Below are positions 39,201 through 52,257 of a stretch of DNA of 64,000 nucleotides, one piece after another. Source of the DNA: Pelagomonas calceolata (Eukaryota); NCBI GenBank assembly GCA_918797485.1, contig CAKKNE010000004.1:1798001-1862000 (forward strand), written 5' to 3'. Position 1 is the first letter of the stretch. The number at the start of each line of letters is the position of its first letter. The notes under the pieces were generated by a model, which worked only from the letters and a program-made list of their open reading frames with translations, was not told the origin of the DNA and ran no database searches. The translations under genes and the position numbers were made by a program.

Positions 39201-40579
39201 GCTCTTTGGGGCCTTGCTCATGTCCGTAACTCAGACTCCTTGGAATTTTGTTCTTGGTAACGCTTTCTTCAGAGAGGCCTACTATCATCCCCAAATCATT
39301 ACGTCCAGGTGGTGGCTCGTACCTGTGGCAAAATGGCTTACCCTTCTGTTGGCCACGGAAAGACAGACTCTGCCCTATGCAGCATTGCAACAGGCGGTTC
39401 CCACGCAGCGTCGCCAGTGTCCGAATGCACGTAGTACTTGCGGCCGTAATCATCTGTTTTTTCAGACCACTTTAATGCATCCGCAACACGGCGGCGCACT
39501 TCAATCTTAATTTCTGTTTCGGCAGCTGCACCGCAAGCACGCTCGAATAGCATTCTACGTTCATCTTTAGCAACTTGGACATGTCGCCGGAGTGCCACAG
39601 GCAGAGGCTGATCAATAGGCCAAAGAGAGGCTAGTTGCCCCCGCTCGATGATTCGCGCTACACGTTCACGAGAAATAGTATCTCGCGCTCTAGAAATCTC
39701 TGCACGCATAGGCTCGACCTCGGCCTCGACTGCCCGGTCAAGTGAATTGCGCAAAGATGACAATTCTAGTTGAGTCTGTTGCAAAGAGGAATCGAGGCGC
39801 GTGGTATCTTCCTCCAGCTTAATGTTATTGATTTTCGCGGCAGCAAGTGCACTTTGAATTTCCTTGAAGGTGGCAGCTGTCTGGCAAATTTTTGACACAA
39901 TTTGCTTTAATCTATCACTCTGCTTTGATATCTTTTTGGTTTGCACAATACAAATATCACAGACTAAATCAGAACTCGCTTTGAAGGTGGAGAACGCCAA
40001 GAGAATGGACCTGGCAGTACTACCCCAGGAGTCTAAAAGGTCACGTTGAGACCGTGCATCTGCTCTTGCTTCATTGAGCTTAACATCGAGTTCCCGCCGC
40101 TTCATTTCAGCATCTTGAGCTCGCTTTTGCGCTACTTTTGTAATTTCATCATTTGACCCCATGTCGACGACGCGTTGTACTGCGCGTGCGAAGGCTAATG
40201 CCTCTGGCATTGTTTTGATTCCAGATTCACCAGTTTCAGCGTTAGAAAATGTCCCATCCGCACGTTCTTGCCAACCACAAGCATCACCATTTGCGGCGCG
40301 CCGCAGTTGCTCTAGCTCCACGCGGAGCACTTCCATTTGACTATGTGCTTCTGTGCGCACCTGCGTCATACTCGCCTCAAAACTCTCCTCGAGTTGCATG
40401 ATTCTTGTATCCGCGGCCAATTTAATTCGATTCTCCATCGAATCCCGTTCATCAATTAGTCGCTCATTCTCTAGAGTTATACGATTAGATTCCTCGCGGG
40501 CCTGTTGCCAGCCAATGATTCGATTCACAACTGGACGTACCCGTTCAAGCTCAGCACGAAGTGCGGTCAACTCCCCCAT
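33300..40579 (-). CDS. Large multi-exon WW + coiled-coil + armadillo-repeat protein (possibly two genes)
   Basis: Chain of minus-strand ORFs: WW motifs (WSEKTDDYGRKYYVHSDTGDAAWEPP; WQETVDEWGQVSWKNKRTNEVSWQKP), coiled coils, and ARM-like repeats in 33541-35427. Boundaries are approximate. Confidence 0.55.
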
Positions 40580-42114
40580 TACCGCGTTGTGGATTTTTAA
40601 GTTAATTCTCGTCCTACCACGGCACCTACTGCGGTACCTACGGTACGGTACAAGCTGGTACCTACGGTACCTACGGTACCTACGGTACTGACCTACCACG
40701 GTATGGTACCGTAGGTATTCTTCTCTCCCATACAGCCCCCATACTGAACATTACTGAACACCGGGAGGCCCCAAACAAACCAAGGTTGCCCCACAGCAAA
40801 CGCAAGCGCAGCCCGGCGGCCTAGAATAAACTTCAAGTTCACTGGCAAGCCTGCCAGTGACTCGGCCCGGGAGCCACTGCCAGTGAGTGCCAGTGACGGT
40901 CACGGTTGAATAGTATTTCAATAACTTGAACCTGAAGGAATCGAGGACGAAGCCTGAGTCGGAAGGACTCGGACACCGTGACAGGCCCAGGCGCGGCGGC
41001 CCCGGCGGGCCGGGCCCGGGGGGTCCACATCCGACTCGGAGTCGCCGGGCACTGGCAGTGACCATGACAGCGGCTCGGGGCCCGGGCCGGGCCCGGGCGC
41101 CGCTCGGCGCAGATGCTCGGTACCGCTTTTTTGCGTCGCGCCCCCAGGCTCACTGGAAAGGGCAACACCTCAGCCTGAGAGGCTCAGCTAAAAATACGGG
41201 CATTTTACAAGTCGATTCCCCGGGCCGTCCGAGTCCCCCTAGTACTAGCATCTTGAAAGTGGAAGTCACGGTGGTGCCATAGAGTGGTGCAATAAATAAA
41301 TACTTACCAGGAGATTGAGAATTTGCTCTACCGTTTCTTGACGTCTCTTTTTAGGCGCCGGCTGGGTATCCTAGCCGCGCCGCAGGGAGAAGGCCTCTAG
41401 AGGCTTGGTGTATGTCCTTTTCCTTCAGGATATTTCTTCCTTAATTAATTATTTATTTATTTTATTTTTAAGCATCGAGGACAGACTCAGCGAGGACACA
41501 GCCTGAGTCACGGTGAGATCATTTCAGTTGGGGAGGAATAACCTTGCACCCGAGCCGCTAGTCTGAGCGGTCGCAATACGACGCGCGGAAGCTGAATTGG
41601 TAAATAAATGCCTTGCCACACGACGGCATTGATGGCACTGATGGCCTACCGAGCGGCTGTTTATAATGGTGCTGCCGGTCTTTTATTATTTATTGACGCA
41701 CCGGGATGCTCCCGGTAGCCTGAGCAGACCAGTGTAAAAAAAGGCTGGCCATGGGCTGCACGGCCCGGGCGCAGCAGAAAAAAAAAATGGATCTGTCCTA
41801 GTAGTCTGGATCCGTTGTGCAGTAACCCATTCTAGTTAGAACCAACTTCAAGCAAGGGAAGATAAGGCAGAAAGTCACGTGACCCAAAGATTTTAACGGT
41901 GACTGGCTCCATCTTTGCTTAGGGGCCTGGTAGGGTCAAGTTTCTTGGTCGGCATCATGATTTTGAAGGAGGCTGATGATGCTTAGGGTAAAGCAATACC
42001 CTGCCCAAGCCGCCAGAGGAGTCGAACGATCTTAAATGATCACGTGCACAATTCTACCATGCAAGCTATCTTACGAGAGCCCAGAGCTAGCCTACAGCCA
42101 CAAACTCTATACGC

Positions 42115-43232
42115 TCAGGTCTGGCAGTCTTTTTTTTTCTTTGCTCTTCTCGTCGCCGCACGTAGCGCCCGCTCATTCGCGGACCGTCGAGGATGTGTGC
42201 GATCGGCACTCTGTTGTGCGTACTCCATCCTCGTCTTGCGTTTTTGGTAATCTCCCCATGCACTGGTCTCTGGATTTTTTGCGTTGAGTTCCCGAAGCCG
42301 CCTTTCAACCTCCCGTTGTTTGGCTTTTTGGACTTGGAGCTCTGCTTCACTTAAAGTTTTTTCAGCCTGTGCATCATCTACGGGGAATAGCTTGCGGAAT
42401 GCGGCTCTTTGCGCAGGGCAAAACATGTATCTAAGAAGGCCCATTTTTTTTCGGATGCGCTTCTCGCGTAGTTTCAATAAACGAGCGTGTTCTTTTCGTG
42501 CCGCAAGCTGTTCAATCATATCACGCCGAACCTTCTCCTCGTGGAGATATCTTTTTTTCTTGTCCCACCATCGCTGACCCATGGTCTGAGTAATCATGGT
42601 CTGCTGGATCCTGAATGCTGGGTAAAAGAGCGCCGGAAACAGAACATGGAAACGATTAAACTCTTGCCAGTCTACCTTCTCATCATCGTTGAAGTCTAGC
42701 AATTCCAGCGCGTTTCGCGTGTTGCCTGAGAAGTCATTTGGAGGTACGATATGATACAGTACCCTCAACATGAGCTCAAGCTCCTCCTTCATGATGTATC
42801 CATTTTTATCCCGATCAAATATGTAGAAACAAAAGCGAAGGATCTCCTGTGGTTCGAAGAGGCAATACCTATATAGTTGCGAAATACTCAACACGCGAGA
42901 TCTCGCTTGCAATCAATTTCTCACGTAATCACTGCGACAAGATACTCGCCAAAGTCGAGTTCCTCGGTATGGTGTATGTCGCACAGGTCGAAAATTCCAT
43001 CACCAAAAATTGACCGCTTTTCGTGAAACAGCAAGTAAAATTGGTCAATTGCAATAACACCCAGCATTTCCTTGTCGCCTTCCCGGAAGTGGCGCCAGAA
43101 AACAGCCAATTCCTTGACACCAACTGCCAAACGCGCATTAACTAGTTCAAAGTTACGGCACGCACTGTTTATGAATTCCATTACCTTCAGCGTTCGATGG
43201 TCGGGGTTTGGCACAGTCATCGATGCACCCAT
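42115..43232 (-). CDS. EF-hand Ca2+-binding protein (calcineurin-B/NCS-like N-terminal half), predicted N-myristoylated
   Basis: MGASM start; EF loops DIHHTEELDFGE, DRDKNGYIMKEE and DFNDDEKVDWQE; short introns. Confidence 0.8.
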
Positions 43233-44572
43233 GGGTTGAACACAATTATTGTACGGTTATTAGAATTAGAATCATCTGCGTTCGGAGGTACCTACGGTAT
43301 AGCAAGAGTATGTCGCAGCGTTACGTAAAGTAGTAGGGTCCTAGCTCACCAGCCAGAGGCTGGGCCAAGCCAACTACGAGAGTGTTTTATAGTAAATTGG
43401 TTTACACACCGTAGCGTCGATAGACACTCAATACATATCTAGGGTAGGATGGGCTAGTAGGTTTCTCTCTCTACTCCCCTTGGACGCGAGCGTTCATCAG
43501 ATGCCCTTCTCCATGTTCAGCGCTTCGAGGTCCGCAGGCGCATATGAGAATCCAGATGCAATAAGTCCTATACGAACTTTACGAGATGAATCATCCGTTA
43601 CCGTGGCAGTTCTGAACGCGATCATGACTCGGATATGACACCGTGACCCACCCCGGGCCGAGGGTGGAGCACGTAGTTGTGCATCACCTCTTCTGAACGG
43701 GGAGAAGGGTGCATCCTCGAGTGCATACTTAAATTTTGGTGGTATATTCACCTTTTGCTCTTTGTAGGCCCGGGTAAATAAATAAAGACAGCGGCCTGAG
43801 TGACTCGGACTCTGACTCGGCCCGGGAGCCTGAGAAATAACTTGAAATACCTGCTAGTACTAGTAGGTAAATGATAAACTTGAAGGAAGCCTGAGGAATA
43901 TCCTAAAAAAAGGGACATGTGACCAAGCCTCCAAAGGCCTCAGGCTTTCCCTGCGCGCCTAGTACTTTAGTTAGGGGCATCCTATTGTTTATAATACTAT
44001 GATACATACAAAAATTAAAAAAAAAATTAGCCTAATAACTAAGCCTGAGGAAGCCAGCCTCAGCTGACTTGGTGACCTAAAACTTCAAGTTGAAAATATT
44101 TATAGGTCGAATTCAGCCAAGGCCCGGGGGGTACAGGCAGTGTGCAGGTTCTATTGTAGTACGCCTATACATCTCTATACTGCCTATATACCTCTTGGAT
44201 TTGGCCAAGGGACTCGCCCGGGCCAAGGGCAGGCCTCCCCGAAGAAAACTTACTAACCAAACTCACTTTCGGCAGCTACCATCTTGATTTCCTGGAGGAT
44301 TTCTCCCGTCCGCAGCCTATTGCTATTCCAGCAACTCTTGCGCAAGTGGCAGTCGTCCCGCGCCAGTTGCGTTCGTGCTGCATCGCACGATCTGTTGGCT
44401 TGACGGCCGTGTTTGCACATCCTACCGACGCCACAACAAAGTACCCAGGATCCCCCCGGAGAGGAAACTGCTAGCACAGAGGCGAATTCACCAAAATTGA
44501 CTCCTGAGTGAGTGAGTACCCCCACTTTTCCGGGTCGAGAAAAACATGCGCCACTAAGGCAAGAGCTAGGCA

Positions 44573-47500
44573 TCAAGAATCTGGTGCGCTGTCATCTGTG
44601 CTACCCTCCGGTCGTCCTGAACTTGGAGTGACGGGGCCCATACCAAGAAGCGAGCTTGGTAGCATAAGCGTGGAGGCGATCGCGATGCGGGAGTTTCGTT
44701 GCATGCGCCTGGTTGCCGTAGGAACAGGTACGTACCTGAACGTCGACGAGCTCTCGCCAGTTGAATCAGAATTGACGAGGGGATTTGTGCTGGGCTGGTA
44801 GCCGTAGGATAGGCCCGTAGGCTGCTGTTCTATTGCAGGGCGTGTGGTGGCTGATACGTTGACAGCCTGGTCGAGTTTGCGTTCAAGCGCTGCAAGGCGG
44901 TCTTCCGTGGAAGCGGACCAAACCTGACAAGGCCGGGCAGCCAACGGTGGAGCCATTTTTAGGGACGGCGCTTTCGGAGCAACGAGCTTTTGTGGCACAG
45001 ATGAGCTGATACTCGTCAATGTATCGGGAGCTGGGCGATCGCTCGTTTGTAGCGTCGTCGCCGTAGGACGTTGAGGATGCACTGGAGGTGCATTGACTTC
45101 AAAGTCCGACTGCGCCCGAATTATTGGTGCGCAAGGTACAACTAAAGTTGATTCTGGCTGAATCAGTGGCTGTGATTTGGCCAGCGCGGGTGTGACGTGG
45201 ATTGGCGCCGTCTCGTCCCCGAAGCGTCGCTTGGGGGCCACAGGAGGCACTGTGGCTGTTAAGGAAGTGCGCGATAAGACGCCAGGCCGGCCGCGAATAA
45301 ATGCTTCCGGCGCCGAATTCATTTGAGGCTGGGCCCTGTGATGACCAGCGCTTCGAGGTATAGCAAATCCAGAGGTACCATCCGGGCCCTTGGCTATACG
45401 ATGGTCCTTTAACCTGCTTGTGAGCTTAGCTGCCGCTGGTGAGGTCGATGACACTGCATGGATAGCATCAGAGGCAGACATAGCCTCTTCATCGAGCGTG
45501 GGATCTCGCATGGTCAGGAGAGAACTCCAAGGGCATAGAAGGCCACGAAAGTTGTCGCACGCGCCTTGAAGCGAAGTCCCACCGACAAAGGGCGTGTCGA
45601 AAACTACGTCCACGGTACCCGAGTGAGCGTGCGTTGCGATGACGGTCCCACGGTGGCCAAAGGGCGCACCCAACTGGTCCACATTGCAAGTGACAACACG
45701 CTCGCCGAGACGTGGCGGCGTAAGATTGGCGTTCGGGTCGATGATACGAGCAGATGAAAGAAAATCAGTAGCCTCCATTTCTGACCGCACATCGGTTGCA
45801 GACAACGTGACTGACTCGCTTGCAGCAGTAGCGCGCGAACGAATCGCGGCACGTTTGGTGGCAGCACGCTGTACAGCAGCGACTGCATCCGGGGACATGG
45901 CCCTGGTGGTGATCGGCATCCGCGCGGTCGTCGCTGTCGGGAGTCCAGCAAGCCATTTGCAGACTTCCAGGAGGCAAGCTTCGGGCTCCTCGTGGCCAAA
46001 GATCCGAGATGCTGCCGCAAAGGTCACTGGTGGACGACCGTTCACATCACAGGCGGCCTTGCTGCCTGTGCTAGTGCTTGCAAGTACGTCACCAACGGCA
46101 TCAAACACTGCCGGGAAGCGCTTGAGGTAGGTCGCAACAAGGCGGATCGCCTTGGCGCTGTACTCAAAGCGCGTGCCCCGCCGAACGTGACGAGGAGCAT
46201 CCGAGTGGGTTAACATATCATTGGATTGCGACCAGTCACAGGCACGCGTGTCTGACGTTGTGCGCTCAGCGCGGCAAAAGCCAGGAGCGACAAATGCACC
46301 ATCCTCTATGCAAAGGCGGAGACCGAGGTCATATATATAACCGCGGTCGTCATCACGAGCAAGTACTGAACCGCAGCAAGCAGCCAGCACGTCCTCGCGC
46401 ACACCAAGCTCCGTCGCAGCGAGGCTTGCGGACGCATATTTATCAGCCAGTGCCGCTGCGATGCCAAGGCCAAATTGGGGCTCGACATCTTCGACGACTA
46501 ACTCGACTGTCACTGTATTTCGTGAGTCCTCACTTCGGCGGACAGTACCAACACGGCCACGCCGCGGCCCGGACTGGATTATGACGCGACTTCCACTTAG
46601 GAAGCGGGTAGATGCAACACCTGCCTTTGTCTCCTGAAACCGTGGGTCTTCCATGTGGGCGTTTGGTGGCACAGAGAGCGCAAGCTGCAGCGGGATATCG
46701 GTCGCCTTGCGTCCATACGTCTTCTTGAGCGCGCCCGTGGCTGCATCACGCCTAAGTCCCTGCATCAAGCGAACGGTGAGGACGACATCAACGGCTCCAA
46801 TATCGACGCCACCATCGCCTGGGTTACCAGAGCCTACAAGCGCACGATTTGCAGCGGCTGCACACGCAACGTTGAAGCTTTTGGTGGCAGTTGCGTCAAG
46901 GCCACGAACGTTAACTGCTGCGGTTTCGCTGCCGCCAGCGCTATAGTAGTTACCACCACCTGTCACCGCAACCAATAGCGCCTCATGCGTCATCGGCCAA
47001 TCAACAAAGACACTCTTGCCCATAAGTGCCGCTGCAACGGACGAAGAGACAGCATTGGGCTTTTCGTTTGGCGCGTGCACCGGTGATGGGAGGTTGAGGC
47101 ACATTGTTTCGTAGCGCGAAGGGCTTCCGAAGCAGTTCAGCTTGAGGGCTTTGAGCGCAACACTGGTGATGGGGAGCGCGTGTAGTGACGGGAAGCCGGG
47201 CATAGGACTCAAGCATCCGGGCTTGAGTGCCGCCCGTAAGGGGGGACCGTAAATGAGCCAAGGGTCCTCTATGTATGGATGCTCGTCGCTCTCCAGGACT
47301 CCCATTATGTCGCCTCCATCTTCAAGCGATGCCTCGACATCCGTGGCAGTGACAGGAGCTGCCGCTGGGCGATGCTTCGTTGCGATAGTCGCGTCGACGC
47401 TGAAGATGACTGATCGGCCAAAGAGGGAGCGCTTGCGTTCATCTGCGGCGAGAGCAGAATCTTGGCACGTTGCTTCAACAACATTGAGGAGACGATCAAC

Positions 47501-50074
47501 CTCGATGAATGGAAGAAGGTTGACTCCCTCCCACGGGTTTCGCTTGCCTTCCATATCAACATCAAAGTCACTTGGATAAAAGTCATGAAGGGGCGATGAG
47601 TCCTCGAGCATCAGTGCACGATGCGGCCGTGGCAACAAGCGAGCACTCGCAGGTGGAAGGCACGACATGAGCTGCTCGAGCGGCCGAAGTGGTGCACTGA
47701 CTTCAAAATGAGCACCAGCAAGCGCAGTAGCAACGTTCACCACATCGGAGAGCATTGGACAGTAGTGACATGGGAAAAACCAACGCCAGTCAACGCATCC
47801 TTTGACGTAATATGCAAGGCACCAAGCGAGGCCCTCTACAAAGGCGGCTGATAGACGTTTGATAACATTCTGCGAGCAACGGACCAATTTCGGTTCGATG
47901 GTCGTCGCGTCCTTCGGTACACCGACGGGACACATCCAGGCGGTCTCCTTTGTTGTGGCGTTGTAGAAGTACGTGTTCCCAGTTGACGGATCCCTGGCCG
48001 AGTTCCAGTCTATCATTGTCTTGCTCTCAGTGGCGATGCCTGCGTCGACAATCTGCTGATCGACCAGACCTGTGTAGAAATCAACCAGTGAGTCAGATTA
48101 CCTGCGCCATTGTGCAGACTCAGTCACGGAGACAATGCTGCGTCTATAATGTGGGCCCCTAGGAGGCAGGGTGCTTAAAATTTGATTTCCACACAAGATC
48201 AGACTGCTAATGCCAAGAGTGCGAAGGTAGTATTTTTCGCGGTCTGAGTTGGTGAGGCCAGGAGCCGACGCTGCGGTAACATTCTCGGTGCCATCAGGAA
48301 TAGTTTTGCCGTTATGGCTCCGTGAGAAACGTCGTTGCTCACGCTCGGCTTCGCGTCTCCGGTCTGCAAGGATGGCGGGCTCCATGGCACCAAGCTCGGA
48401 AATAAAGCGCTGAAGTCGGTGCGCATTGGCCTGTGCAAAAATAAAATTGTCGCGGCTCGTCTCCGCTACTGCTGAATCATGACCTCCACGCCATCGACGC
48501 AACGCCTGCTCGATGGCGTGGCGGTGTAGGTCTCTCACCACTCGATTCAGTCAGCATGGCCGTAATGTCGCCGAGAAATGACTTTGTGATGAATTATCGG
48601 GCGCACCCGACTCAGTAGTTGACTCCCACACAGGCATTTGCTATGTCGCCAGCATCGGTGAGATAGTCGCCGGGAGGCCATGTGGCGAGTTGGCGCTTGT
48701 AGGCGTCAAAGACTCGATTGAACGCGTGTTCGCCTATGTCAAGAGAGGGCGAGTGCGGCAGGAAGTCGTTGCCAACAAAGAAGGTGAGGAAGACAAAATC
48801 ATCAACGAGACGTTCAAGATCCACCGAGCGCCCCGAGACACCTTGTCTCCACGCAATACCGAGCTCATTGCTGCGCCCAGCTCCATTTTTACGAGCGCGA
48901 GGACCGACGCTAGTTCGGGCATCGATATGCGACGCATAGGATGCCGGTGGAGAGCAGCAGAATTCGAGTTGGATGTATTCGCGGAGGATCGAGAGGTGAA
49001 GGAGCTGAAAGTCCGAACTTCGGGACTGCTTGAAAACGGTGGACCGCGCGTTGACAGGTGTATCACGCAGACGATTGTTCGCGCCGAAGTCTATAACCTC
49101 TCGGAGTAACGTAAAGTAGGGCTCGTGAGTGCAGAGGCCCAACATTATCAAATCTGCATCGTTTCCATACATGCCTGCGCAGAGACGGATGGCGTCCTCC
49201 CTCCACCGCGTCGACGCGTTTTAAGTTGACGACGCGGCGTCTACAGTGGCGAGTGGGGGTGTTGCCATCGTCTCTGTGGGCGCGAATATACTGCATTATT
49301 TTATGCTCACCTTCGCCTGGTACCTGTGCGAGAGAAAGTTCGGCATCCCTCCACGCCATCGAGCAGACGCAGTTGTGACATTTGCACCACTGTACACGAC
49401 TCGGAGTCGAGACCTGTGGGTGAAAGACCTCCGTCAATCCACGCCATCGAGCAGAAGCAATTCGAGATTGTGTTTTTGCTTTTGTTCTCCTGCACGGGTC
49501 GACACCACGCCGCGTCCTGTCCCATCTTCCAGCGTATATAACCACGAAGCTTGTCACCAATACGTGCCATAAAGGCGGTCCCTGGCGTGATACAGTTGCG
49601 GTCAAATCCCCCATCTTCGTCTCCCTGACTACGGGCAGATTCCTTGGCCGCAGCAAACCTTCTACTGCGCTGTTGGTTCAGTTTTGCTCGCGGGGCAACG
49701 CCGTCGACGGCTATGAATAGCACTTTTTGCGGGCGCACGATATGCTTTACGATCCGGTCGACGTACGCGAATATTGATAGAAGCATGTCTCTCTCCGATG
49801 GTGTGCTGGTAGCACCCTCTGGATGAGAGCAGGCGTGGATGATGCCGTTCCTACGTGGATGGTTGTGCTGGTGGTGGCAGCTCTTCGACACTGAGTCTGC
49901 ACATATCTAGATACAAATTATCGAACACGGGAAGCAGCGCTTGGTCCTTGATTACGGAGTTTACTGTGTGAATAAACAGTGTGAATAAACAAACAAAAAA
50001 AGAACAATTTGACACGAGTCCGCACTCTTAGGATAGCGCTCGCTGAGCCAGCGATAGAAGCGTGGCACCCCCAT
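44573..50074 (-). CDS. XRN1: 5'-3' exoribonuclease 1
   Basis: MGVPRFYRWLSERYP, DNLYLDMNGIIH, AVDGVAPRAKLNQQRSRRF, FDRNCITPGT, VPGEGEHKIM, YGNDADLIMLGL, GNDFLP, WRWFFPCHY. Introns at 49964-50025, 49851-49902, 49414-49505, 49324-49379, 49175-49244, 48431-48641 and 48070-48204 restore these motifs. Confidence 0.95.
48070..48204 (-). mobile_element. Introner intron in XRN1 (sense orientation)
   Basis: TSD GACCAGAC (48062-48069) / GATCAGAC (48197-48204); CTGTGTAGAAATCAA...TTGATTTCCACACAA termini. Confidence 0.88.
48431..48641 (-). mobile_element. Introner intron in XRN1 (antisense orientation, GC donor)
   Basis: TSD GCATTGGC (48423-48430) / GCATTTGC (48634-48641); CTGTG...CACAG. Removal gives DAGDI|ANAHRL in frame. 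Confidence 0.9.
49414..49505 (-). mobile_element. Introner intron in XRN1
   Basis: TSD GTCGAGAC (49406-49413) / GTCGACAC (49498-49505); contains CCACGCCATCGAGCAG. Removal gives DAAW|SRLRVVYSGAN. Confidence 0.85.
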
Positions 50075-50718
50075 CTCTCTCGCTCGCGCTCGCGCTCGCG
50101 CTGAGCTCTTTATCAAGTCGAGTCGCTGAGCTGCTTCCTTCGCGGCGGCCGCCTGTGGGGAAATCGACGAGTGAGTTATGGTATCGATGCCGTCTAAGTT
50201 CAATGCGTCGATGCCGTGGAACCTCCACGCCATCGAGCAGGTGCGTGAGGCGTCTGAATTTCGATCTCCACACGTCTGCCATACTTATCTCTTTTCGCGC
50301 CTTGCTTAGCTATCGGGTCTATGTACTTACATGTAGATAAGACACTAGCCCGTCAGATTGTCAGATTATTATTCGCGTACTACTTTCTACGTCGACACCA
50401 CGGGCCTTAGAGCTAGTTCTGACACGCAGTGCTCATATATCTCTCTATCAGCGGATAGTTTGCGCGTAGGGTTTTGGGGGCACTTTACGGCTCGTGTGGA
50501 TCCGCATTTGTGCCGCCAGCGCATGTGGAGGTCCTAGGAACTCGTCCGCGCCTGGCGTAAAGAGCGCGCGTTGAAAGCTAGCCGCCTCGGCGGTCTGCGA
50601 GTGCCCAAAAGCCTGGTGCTCTGCGAAGGCCCTAAATCGGCGCGCGACTGCGAACAGATCTCCAAATCCGATTGCTGCCGCGATGGCGCGATGGCGTGAT
50701 GGCGCGATGGCGATGGCG

Positions 50719-51684
50719 ATGACGCGCGGCAAGTTGTTTACGGAAAGTAATGGCGGCCTGGGCATGGTGGCACGCATGGCCATGCAAGTGGGTGGTCATT
50801 CTGGTATGCTCACGATAGGGAGATATTGCCTAAAACCAGTTCAATCTGGCAATCGAGGAATACGCGAAGTGACATTCTATGAGCAGTGCCTTCATCGCGG
50901 CGATGGCGTGGAGCAGCTCCAACCATTTCTGTGTGATTACCACGGTGTTATAGTGTTGGGAACAAATGCGTGCGAGCAGCACTATCTCGTGCTGGATGAC
51001 TGTACGAATGACATGGCTCGGCCATGTGCGCTCGACATCAAGCTGGGAACGCGAACGACAGAGCCCAACGCTTCTTTGAAGAAGCAGCGCAAGCAGCTTG
51101 CAAAATACCCTCCCCAAACTGAGTTGGGCTGCCGTCTTGTTGGTATGCGTGTGTAGTCTGCCGAGTGACATATCACGTCGATGGGTGAGGCGCCAGAAAT
51201 TTGACTTACACACAGGTGGTCTCGAAGCCAGAGTCAGTATCTTGAGTTCGACAAGGCGTGGGGTTTCACCGTTCGTGATGCAACGGGGATTCGACATGGC
51301 TTCATCGAATTTTTTGGTGGTCATTCTGAGCTTACCAATAGACGGTTGCTCACCAGGGAATTTATTAGGAGGCTCAGAGCCCTCCTCGACTGGTTCGAGC
51401 ATCAGGACCAGCTCGAATTCATTTCGTCTTCCCTTCTTCTTGTCTATAATGGTACTGGCGAAGCTCTGCTAGCTCCCCAAGCAGTACAGCTCAAGATCAT
51501 AGACTTCGCACATGTGCTCGCACATGTGCGTAGGGGCGCTTTCTCAGACTCTGGGTATATCGAAGGCCTCAGGAAAGTAATATCTCTTCTCGAGGACATC
51601 TCCCATGCGAGACATATTGAATTCCCAATTGCCAAGCCTGCCAGTGCGCAAGCGGACTTGCAAGCGGTGCAAATCAGCATGTAA
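50719..51684 (+). CDS. Inositol polyphosphate multikinase (IPK family), intron about 51153-51214
   Basis: QVGGH, PCALDIKLG (PxxxDxKxG), SSSLL and IDFAH motifs. Start codon is uncertain. Confidence 0.88.
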
Positions 51685-51944
51685 TCAAAGTCAGTGTAAT
51701 GTCAGAGTGTAGTCTGAGGCATTGCGGGAAGCTGCGTAAATTCCAAGTTTCTACCCGACGTACTCTACGCGTCCGAGTTACACATGCACTAAGGTGTGTG
51801 TCTGCCCTGCGCATTGCCCGATGGGGAAGCCTGGAAGGGCCCACGCAAGGTTTACAGACACTTGGAGGTCGGAGGACGAGAACCATTCGTCCAGCCCAAG
51901 CACCGGGAAGACGAATCGGGGCCCGTCTACCGGGGAGCACAGGG

Positions 51945-52257
51945 TGCGATGCATAGGGAAATAGAGTGTGTAGCTCCGGATTTCCCCGGTAGCGTAGTGT
52001 AGTCGTCTAACGAAATGGTTTCTCCCCGGGCCATGTTTGATGGGGTTTGTGACGGGAAATTCGTCCCGGGCCGTCAATAAAAGGTGACTCAGGATGATAG
52101 TTAGGAGTGAGAGGCGACTTCCCCCTACTAAGGGGATATCGGAGTACCCTAGGATGGGAAGTAGCCTAAGCGGGTAATACAAGTACGGGTTGTGCTTGGA
52201 TACGTCTCAGTTGAACCTTTGGGATCCTAGTAGTACTAGACGTGTATTTCCATTGCA
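51945..52257. mobile_element. Solo LTR with 5-bp TSD (CAGGG)
   Basis: TG...CA termini; CAGGG at 51940-51944 and 52258-52262; four other homologous copies in the window. Confidence 0.85.

Noticed and set aside
40620..40716. GTAC arrays read as a CRISPR array or as a coding RYRRYR repeat
   Set aside because: No unique spacers, no cas genes, and a eukaryotic context. The N-terminal extension of ORF 39338-40699 is simply the translated repeat.
41298..41330. ATACTTACCAG resembling the U1 snRNA 5' end
   Set aside because: Mismatch to ATACTTACCTG, and no downstream U1 stem-loops or Sm site that I could recognise.
52225..52240. TAGTAGTACTAG versus TACTAG difference between LTR copies as a rule-conforming scar
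   Set aside because: Does not parse exactly as TA-CTAG-TA from an inferable ancestor; could be slippage.
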